64,000 nt of DNA. It comes from Chrysomallon squamiferum (Eukaryota; Animalia; Mollusca). Positions 58,308-64,000 of this stretch are shown here, piece after piece. Location: positions 19,282,001-19,346,000 of the forward strand of contig CM022673.1 in assembly GCA_012295275.1 (NCBI GenBank). The letters run 5' to 3'. Position 1 is the first letter of the stretch. Each line of letters opens with the position of its first letter. The translations under genes and the position numbers were made by a program. The notes beneath the pieces were generated by a model. It was not told where the DNA came from, searched no databases, and saw only the letters and a program-made list of their open reading frames with translations.

Positions 58308-61300
58308 GAAATAGAAATAATAATACTAATACTACTACTACTAATACTACTACTAATAATAATAACAATAGTAATAATAATTACAATAATAATAATAAAA
58401 AAGAACAACAACAACAACAATACTCGTATAGTAGGAACAATAAAAAAAATACATTAGGTTACAGATGATTCTACATTAGAAACAGACTCTAGCGAATTTT
58501 GATTAATAGTTGATTAGTAGTTTGCTGTGAACTTGTACCGATCGTTTTCACTGTCCCTCAAACATCATGGATTTTTGTTAATATTATTCCAGGTACGTCA
58601 CCAACGACTGGAACAGGCCCAACATCAACTGTTTCTAGTGCAACCACTCCAGGTAACTCAACTATAATTGTTTCGCTTGGAAACAGTTTGATCTCTATCG
58701 ATGCAGTTATATAAAGAAAGTCGAGGAGGGATTATCCATTTTTCAGTGAAACTTATCTTTTTTTTGTTTGTTTCTTTCTTTCAGTAGTTCTAATTAATTA
58801 ATAATTTAATTTAATAATTATTTTTTTTTGTTGTTGTTGAGATTTGAATCTTGAACAAGAACAGTATATTTTCATTATGTAATGTGTGGCAACGGAATTA
58901 TCTTAGTTTCATAGTTGTTGTTTAGTTTTTTGATATCTCTTCGAAAGAGAATTTACGGTTCTGTCTACAAATGGTACCTTCGTTAAAAGCTATTTCTTTG
59001 TCCATTTACCAGGTCCGGTTACAAGCCCTACGATATCTGTCTCATCTGTCACAGGTAATGTCTTTCTAAAACAAGATTGAAGATATAATAATTTAGAAAC
59101 TATCTGGAATTCTTTTTTAATGTTTAAGTGGTTCTTTATCGGTGTTTTAAACAGCTTTAGTTACAACGATTAGTTGTTTTCATTATTTCAAACTTCTATG
59201 AAACTTCAGATCCGATTAAGGTGATAACACCTTGTTATTGTTGCTTTTCTAGTTTGATAGGGTTTTCTACCTAAACCTTTGATGGTTTTCGTCTTAGTTT
59301 TTTTTTTTCTGTGGTTTGACTTCTTTTTATGTTCATTTGTTTGTTTGTTTAATTGATGACGTTTCACTGAAACCCGCATTGTATCTCTCAAACAGAATGT
59401 GAACTCACTGATATGATGGGCGAACCCGGTTCACCAAAACAACCTCTTAAGTACGATGCAGACACGAAAACGGCGGTGATAACAGTCGATGGTCCAGTAG
59501 AAAAGGTTACGAAAATACCTGAAGATGCTAAAGTGTACGTCACGAAGGTAAGAATTTAGCGGATGGTTAACGGAAACCTAACTCATTTACATTTAATGCA
59601 TCGATTATTCTCGATGTTGAAAGGCAGTTGCTAATTTAAATGTTTGTTTAATGAATAGGATAAACCAACTCCAGGTCCTGAGCAGAAAGTGTTTTATCCT
59701 GCCGGTAATCCTCCAAAGGACGGTACGACAATTACGGTAACAGTCAAGGATAAAACAGGTATTTATTAATCAGTTATTATAACTATGAAAATAGAAAATC
59801 GCGATTGGTAGCAGTAAATATTAACAAGGAAAGTAGCGAATAAGTAAATAAATGAGGAAAATGTACTGATAATATAGAATAAATAAGAGAAACTTAAAAA
59901 TAAAATGGTGCAAAATCTACCATCAGTACAAACATACATTGTTCCTACTGTTACTTTCTGTTTAAAACAGGTACTGAAAAGCAATCAACAGCAGAAGTGA
60001 AGACTGAGGGTAATATTGTTACACTGAAACTTCCCAAGGACGAAACATTTGTTAACATCCCACAGCAGCCTGATGTTCTTAAAGTAGAGGAAATAAAACC
60101 AACCGTAAGGACATGCGAAATTGATTTGTGATTTGTAGAGGTGTGGGGAATAAAAAGTAAAAGAAACGAAATGAAATGAAACAAAAAAAAAAAAGAAAAG
60201 AAAAAAAATATATAGAGTGTACAAAGAGGTATTCTTCTGAATCCACACGGCAGGGAAATAGCCGACGACTGTTACCTAATGTGATACTGATATTCATTCA
60301 TTTGATCGTACTTAAAACACTAAAGTCTTTCTTATATTTTCGAGATGAATAACCTATATTATTAATGTTTAATGACACATGTTATTGTGCTTTGTTTTTT
60401 GTTTGGCCATGTCCAGAATGGAGAAATTACTCCGAATGGCGAAGACATTGATAAAATTATAATTACTGGCATCTCCCGAAAACAAGTCAAGAGATATCGA
60501 CGTGTTGGTTTGTAAGAAAGGTAAGATAATAATGAATGATTGATGTAATTCATGTTTGATTTACCCACTTTCTGAAACGTAATTTCATGTATTGCTACTA
60601 TTCCCCAACGACGAGGAAGAGATGATTTAACAAAACAAAGAAATATGGAAGATACAGTCAAATATATAAAGGTGGTTACGTTGAAAACGGCAATTGTACA
60701 GTTCAATCACAGGATCATAAAACTAATTTGTGCAAATATTGTGTTTCTTCTGACAACGAAGTGTATTTTGTGAATTTAGTTTCGAAAAGTAAAGTTAATT
60801 GTATAAATACGGGAACTGACTTTTGACCGGTTTCATTTCTATATTACAGTTCCAACAACAACCACGCCAGGAACAACAATTTCGCGTACTACAGGTAATC
60901 ATTTCACATTAATTTGTATCGGTTACAAATCTTGAAGTCATTCGTTTAGCCGTCCGTGGTAGAGTACGGCAATGATTTGTTCAGGAGAAATATAGAACTA
61001 ATTGTCGTTATAAACTTACATCTCTTCAAAATAATTGAAAAAGTGTGCAAGAAAAGTAACTGCAGTCGTTTTCTTAATATCATTCCAGGTACGTCACCAA
61101 CGACTGGAACAGGCCCGACATCAACTGTTTCTAGTGCAACCACTTCAGGTAACTCAACTATGATTGTTTCACTTGTAAACAATTCGATCTCTATCGATTC
61201 ATTTGCATAAAGAAAGTCGAGGACGGATTATGCATTTCGAGAGAAACAGAATAATTTATTTCTTTATTTATATATTACTAATTAAGTAATTAGGAAAACA

Positions 61301-61520
61301 AAGAAAACAGTAGTAGCAGCAGCAGTAGTAAAACGGACACATCTGATAGAAGAAGATCATGGTTCATTTAGAACGAGTATGATTACGGCAAAGCCTTTCT
61401 GACTGAGATCGAAAAGTTTCAATAAAATAAATTGGAACGACAAAAGCTATAAAAAAGTTCCAAATACTACTACTGCTACTACTACTACTAACAGTAATTA
61501 TAATAGTAACAATAATAATG

Positions 61521-61589
<69 letters not shown>

Positions 61590-63788
61590 GAAATAGAAAT
61601 AATAATACTAATACTACTACTACTAATACTACTACTAATAATAATAACAATAGTAATAATAATTACAATAATAATAATAAAAGAACAACAACAACAACAA
61701 TACTCGTATAGTAGGAACAAAAAAAAATACATTAGGTTACAGATGATTCTACATTAGAAACAGACTCTAGCGAATTTTGATTAATAGTTGATTAGTAGTT
61801 TGCTGTGAACTTGTACCGATCGTTTTCACTGTCCCTCAAACATCATGGATTTTTGTTAATATTATTCCAGGTACGTCACCAACGACTGGAACAGGCCCAA
61901 CATCAACTGTTTCTAGTGCAACCACTCCAGGTAACTCAACTATAATTGTTTCGCTTGGAAACAGTTTGATCTCTATCGATGCAGTTATATAAAGAAAGTC
62001 GAGGAGGGATTATCCATTTTTCAGTGAAACTTATCTTTTTGTTTGTTTCTTTCTTTCAGTAGTTCTAATTAATTAATAATTTAATTAATAATTATTATTT
62101 TTTTTGTTGTTGTTGAGATTTGAATCTTGAACAAGAACAGTATATTTTCATTATGTAATGTGTGGCAACGGAATTATCTTAGTTTCATAGTTGTTGTTAG
62201 TTTTTTGATATCTCTTCGAAAGAGAATTTACGGTTCTGTCTACAAATGGTACCTTCGTTAAAAGCTATTTCTTTGTCCATTTACCAGGTCCGGTTACAAG
62301 CCCTACGATATCTGTCTCATCTGTCACAGGTAATGTCTTTCTAAAACAAGATTGAAGATATAATAATTTAGAAACTATCTGGAATTCTTTTTTAATGTTT
62401 AAGTGGTTCTTTATCGGTGTTTTAAACAGCTTTAGTTACAACGATTAGTTGTTTTCATTATTTCAAACTTCTATGAAACTTCAGATCCGATTAAGGTGAT
62501 AACACCTTGTTATTGTTTTTTTTCTAGTTTGATAGGGTTTTCTACCTAAACCTTTGATGGTTTTCGTCTTAGTTTTTTCTGTGGTTTGACTTCTTTTTAT
62601 GTTCATTTGTTTGTTTGTTTAATTGATGACGTTTCACTGAAACCCGCATTGTATCTCTCAAACAGAATGTGAACTCACTGATATGATGGGCGAACCCGGT
62701 TCACCAAAACAACCTCTTAAGTACGATGCAGACACGAAAACGGCGGTGATAACAGTCGATGGTCCAGTAGAAAAGGTTACGAAAATACCTGAAGATGCTA
62801 AAGTGTACGTCACGAAGGTAAGAATTTAGCGGATGGTTAACGGAAACCTAACTCATTTACATTTAATGCATCGATTATTCTCGATGTTGAAAGGCAGTTG
62901 CTAATTTAAATGTTTGTTTAATGAATAGGATAAACCAACTCCAGGTCCTGAGCAGAAAGTGTTTTATCCTGCCGGTAATCCTCCAAAGGACGGTACGACA
63001 ATTACGGTAACAGTCAAGGATAAAACAGGTATTTATTAATCAGTTATTATAACTATGAAAATAGAAAATCGCGATTGGTAGCAGTAAATATTAACAAGGA
63101 AAGTAGCGAATAAGTAAATAAATGAGGAAAATGTACTGATAATATAGAATAAATAAGAGAAACTTAAAAATAAAATGGTGCAAAATCTACCATCAGTACA
63201 AACATACATTGTTCCTACTGTTACTTTCTGTTTAAAACAGGTACTGAAAAGCAATCAACAGCAGAAGTGAAGACTGAGGGTAATATTGTTACACTGAAAC
63301 TTCCCAAGGACGAAACATTTGTTAACATCCCACAGCAGCCTGATGTTCTTAAAGTAGAGGAAATAAAACCAACCGTAAGGACATGCGAAATTGATTTGTG
63401 ATTTGTAGAGGTGTGGGGAATAAAAAGTAAAAGAAAACGAAATGAAACAATAAAAAGAAAAAAGAAAAGAAAAAAAATATATAGAGTGTACAAAGAGGTA
63501 TTCTTCTGAATCCACACGGCAGGGAAATAGCCGACGACTGTTACCTAATGTGATACTGATATTCATTCATTTGATCGTACTTAAAACACTAAAGTCTTTC
63601 TTATATTTTCGAGATGAATAACCTATATTATTAATGTTTAATGACACATGTTATTGTGCTTTGTTTTTTGTTTGGCCATGTCCAGAATGGAGAAATTACT
63701 CCGAATGGCGAAGACATTGATAAAATTATAATTACTGGCATCCCCGAAAACAAGTCAAGAGATATCGACGTGTTGGTTTGTAAGAAAG
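3681..63788 (+). CDS. Giant secreted SCO-spondin/hemocytin-like gel-forming mucin (EMI-EGF-TB-3xVWD/C8/TIL-LDLa-PTS repeats); about 104 exons, 3' end beyond the window
   Basis: GT-AG exons traced by hand splice with matching phases from ATG 3681 to the donor after 63788. Motifs include TFDG, G[ML][14 protein letters not shown] Cys patterns, LDLa DC..GSDE and Thr/Ser/Pro cassettes. The only interruption is +1 nt at 60474. Confidence 0.9.
6104..6999 (+). CDS. Exons 2-3 (6104-6298, 6935-6999): EMI-like domain
   Basis: [10 protein letters not shown]...[28 protein letters not shown] matches the EMI pattern (N-x-C ... C ... CCxGW ... C). Phases 2-2-1. Confidence 0.75.
7353..7454 (+). CDS. Exon 4: EGF-like domain
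   Basis: [31 protein letters not shown] has the six-Cys EGF pattern in a phase 1-1 exon. Confidence 0.9.
7907..8044 (+). CDS. Exon 5: TB (fibrillin/LTBP 8-Cys)-like module
   Basis: [45 protein letters not shown] resembles the TB pattern CY..C..CC..G.[WF]G..CEPC, with 6 Cys. Phase 1-1. Confidence 0.6.
8110..8275. repeat. Compound (TTC)n/(TTA)n microsatellite
   Basis: Read directly. Confidence 0.9.
9641..12809 (+). CDS. Exons 6-12: D1 assembly (VWD1, C8, TIL, start of E)
   Basis: Exons 9641-9837, 10213-10318, 10473-10637, 10842-10912, 11155-11256, 12078-12234, 12551-12809. Motifs: [71 protein letters not shown]. Confidence 0.92.
11375..11458 (+). repeat. Left arm of an 84-bp long-range inverted repeat (intron 10)
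   Basis: Matches the reverse complement of 15527-15610 at 81 of 84 positions by eye. Confidence 0.88.
13210..16568 (+). CDS. Exons 13-17: D2 assembly (VWD2, degenerate C8, TIL, E)
   Basis: Exons 13210-13363, 13923-14231, 15068-15220, 15824-16010, 16325-16568. Motifs: [57 protein letters not shown]. Confidence 0.9.
15527..15610 (-). repeat. Right arm of the 84-bp long-range inverted repeat (intron 15)
   Basis: Reverse complement of 11375-11458 with 3 mismatches. Confidence 0.88.
16792..17762 (+). CDS. Exons 18-20: end of E2 and D' (TIL'-E')
   Basis: Exons 16792-16996, 17364-17458, 17713-17762 give CTKGVLTC...[28 protein letters not shown]. Phases 2-0-2-1. Confidence 0.85.
18122..22844 (+). 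CDS. Exons 21-26: D3 assembly (VWD3, C8, TIL, E)
   Basis: Exons 18122-18487, 19631-19830, 19985-20124, 21523-21632, 22073-22216, 22736-22844. Motifs: [55 protein letters not shown]. Confidence 0.93.
23241..25268 (+). CDS. Exons 27-30: end of E3 and four LDL-receptor class A repeats
   Basis: Exons 23241-23404, 24015-24125, 24380-24505, 25161-25268 contain [39 protein letters not shown] and [13 protein letters not shown]. Confidence 0.93.
24789..24888. repeat. Short direct repeat plus 30-bp fold-back hairpin
   Basis: AAGATTACTGTCAAGTTTTGGCATA occurs twice. 24810-24839 pairs with 24859-24888 with one G:T. Confidence 0.8.
25664..25681 (+). CDS. 18-nt PTS microexon (TTPPTT)
   Basis: Sequence is ttcccttgcag|CAACTCCGCCGACTACAA|gtaagt, phase 1-1. 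Confidence 0.7.
25965..26225. repeat. Compound (TATC)n/(TGTC)n/(TATG)n/(TG)n microsatellite
   Basis: Read directly. Confidence 0.92.
26627..27455 (+). CDS. Two-exon, two-Cys beta-rich domain A1 (133 aa; exons 26627-26868, 27299-27455)
   Basis: AVCKDIVV...[12 protein letters not shown], phases 1-0-1, second exon 157 nt. Confidence 0.8.
27672..27748. repeat. (GA)n microsatellite
   Basis: Read directly. Confidence 0.95.
27852..30076 (+). CDS. Two PTS+LDLa exons (27852-28049, 28921-29118) with PTS microexons (28269-28304, 29432-29476, 30029-30076)
   Basis: [36 protein letters not shown] occurs twice. All exons are phase 1-1 with AG/GT boundaries. Confidence 0.85.
30544..32189 (+). CDS. Two-Cys domain A2 (121 aa; exons 30544-30749, 32033-32189)
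   Basis: [15 protein letters not shown]...[10 protein letters not shown]...[10 protein letters not shown], phases 1-0-1. Confidence 0.85.
32618..32995 (+). CDS. PTS microexons 32618-32650 and 32960-32995
   Basis: [11 protein letters not shown] and [12 protein letters not shown], both phase 1-1 and AG/GT bounded. Confidence 0.75.
32812..32881. repeat. (CT)n microsatellite
   Basis: Read directly. Confidence 0.95.
33919..34553 (+). CDS. Two-Cys domain A3 (121 aa; exons 33919-34124, 34397-34553)
   Basis: [15 protein letters not shown]...[10 protein letters not shown]...[10 protein letters not shown]. Exon sizes (206+157) are the same as A2. Confidence 0.85.
34850..36009 (+). CDS. PTS microexons 34850-34900, 35648-35689, 35953-36009
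   Basis: Thr/Ser/Pro-rich phase 1-1 exons of 51, 42 and 57 nt. Confidence 0.75.
36599..36690. repeat. (AAT)n followed by (ATT)n microsatellite
   Basis: Read directly. Confidence 0.9.
36720..37517 (+). CDS. Two-Cys domain A4 (118 aa; exons 36720-36916, 37361-37517)
   Basis: [11 protein letters not shown]...[10 protein letters not shown]...[10 protein letters not shown], second exon 157 nt. Confidence 0.85.
37845..44290 (+). CDS. Run of PTS microexons: 37845-37865, 38240-38299, 38931-38972, 39469-39510, 42172-42216, 43829-43888, 44249-44290
   Basis: All are phase 1-1, lengths are multiples of 3 (21-60 nt), and each is Thr/Ser/Pro-rich with a pyrimidine tract, AG and GT. Confidence 0.7.
38504..39579. 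repeat. 538-bp tandem duplication carrying a 42-nt microexon
   Basis: 38504-39041 and 39042-39579 are nearly identical. The exon copies are 538 bp apart. Confidence 0.92.
40166..40248. repeat. (AAT)n microsatellite
   Basis: Read directly. Confidence 0.95.
40700..41730 (-). mobile_element. Decayed non-LTR retrotransposon (LINE) ORF2 fragment, antisense and intronic
   Basis: Minus strand, in order: [17 protein letters not shown] (~41613-41664), [10 protein letters not shown] (YADD 41493-41504), [68 protein letters not shown]. Stops, frameshifts and deletions are present. Confidence 0.85.
43615..43656 (+). pseudogene. Pseudo-exon: copy of the 42-nt [14 protein letters not shown] microexon with the acceptor AG changed to TT
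   Basis: ccatttaccTT|GTCCGGCTATAAGCCCCACGG...TTTCAG|gtaatgtct versus the intact ccatttaccAG|GTCCGGTTACAAGCCC...CACAG|gtaatgtct. Confidence 0.75.
44491..47433 (+). CDS. Repeat unit 1: four PTS microexons plus 163-aa two-Cys domain B
   Basis: Exons 44491-44535, 44730-44789, 45510-45569, 45927-45968, 46307-46458, 46570-46669, 46882-47015, 47331-47433 total 696 nt. Domain B reads [14 protein letters not shown]...[10 protein letters not shown]. Confidence 0.88.
47763..50706 (+). CDS. Repeat unit 2 (8 exons, 232 aa)
   Basis: Exons 47763-47807, 48002-48061, 48784-48843, 49199-49240, 49584-49735, 49847-49946, 50159-50292, 50604-50706. Confidence 0.86.
51036..53962 (+). CDS. Repeat unit 3 (8 exons, 232 aa)
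   Basis: Same exons and splice sites as unit 1. Last exon 53860-53962. Confidence 0.86.
54292..57236 (+). CDS. Repeat unit 4 (8 exons, 232 aa)
   Basis: Same exons and splice sites. Last exon 57134-57236. Confidence 0.86.
57566..60520 (+). CDS. Repeat unit 5 (8 exons; 1-bp insertion in the last exon)
   Basis: Last exon 60417-60520 is 104 nt instead of 103 (GGCATCTCCCGAA vs GGCATCCCCGAA). Confidence 0.78.
60850..63788 (+). CDS. Repeat unit 6 (8 exons, 232 aa)
   Basis: Same exons and splice sites. Last exon 63686-63788. Confidence 0.86.
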
Positions 63789-64000
63789 GTAAGATAATAA
63801 TGAATGATTGATGTAATTCATGTTTGATTTACCCACTTTCTGAAACGTAATTTCATGTATTGCTACTATTCCCCAACGACGAGGAAGAGATGATTTAACA
63901 AAACAAAGAAATATGGAAGATACAGTCAAATATATAAAGGTGGTTACGTTGAAAACGGCAATTGTACAGTTCAATCACAGGATCATAAAACTAATTTGTG

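Larger units (their letters stand above)
44405..64000. repeat. Tandem array of ~3.27-kb units (at least 6 copies, continuing off the window), each with 8 coding exons
   Basis: The first exon of each unit starts at 44491, 47763, 51036, 54292, 57566 and 60850 (periods 3272, 3273, 3256, 3274, 3284). Introns are also near-identical. The ORF track shows the same periodicity. Confidence 0.97.

Noticed and set aside
44405-64000. Array as a CRISPR locus, rDNA or tandem transposon
   Set aside because: No short repeat-spacer pattern, rRNA motifs, terminal repeats or transposase. Units consist of in-phase spliced exons.
1-64000. Prokaryotic operon or defence system
   Set aside because: Coding density is low with spliceosomal introns throughout, and there are no long uninterrupted ORFs.

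Overview
This is AT-rich, microsatellite-rich eukaryotic DNA with GT-AG introns, probably from an invertebrate animal (lophotrochozoan/mollusc-like, an inference). Almost all of it is one giant + strand gene. It starts at a TATA promoter and ATG 3681 and runs past the right edge. I traced about 104 exons by hand with consistent splice phases (about 11.3 kb CDS, about 3,780 aa). The only break is a 1-bp insertion at 60474. Domain order: signal peptide, EMI, EGF, TB-like, D1-D2-D'-D3 (VWD/C8/TIL/E), 4 LDLa, then a region built entirely from phase-1 cassettes. That region holds Pro/Thr/Ser microexons of 18-60 nt, 2 more LDLa, and four ~120-130 aa two-Cys beta domains I cannot name. It ends in at least 6 near-identical 3.27-kb units, each with 8 exons encoding 232 aa. 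The product is a SCO-spondin/hemocytin-like gel-forming mucin hybrid. Also seen: a decayed antisense LINE, an 84-bp intronic inverted repeat bracketing an in-frame 5-exon block, a dead pseudo-exon, a candidate recursive splice site and a 538-bp exon-carrying duplication. Most ORF-track entries are microsatellite or antisense artefacts. All domain calls come from motif recognition, not database searches.
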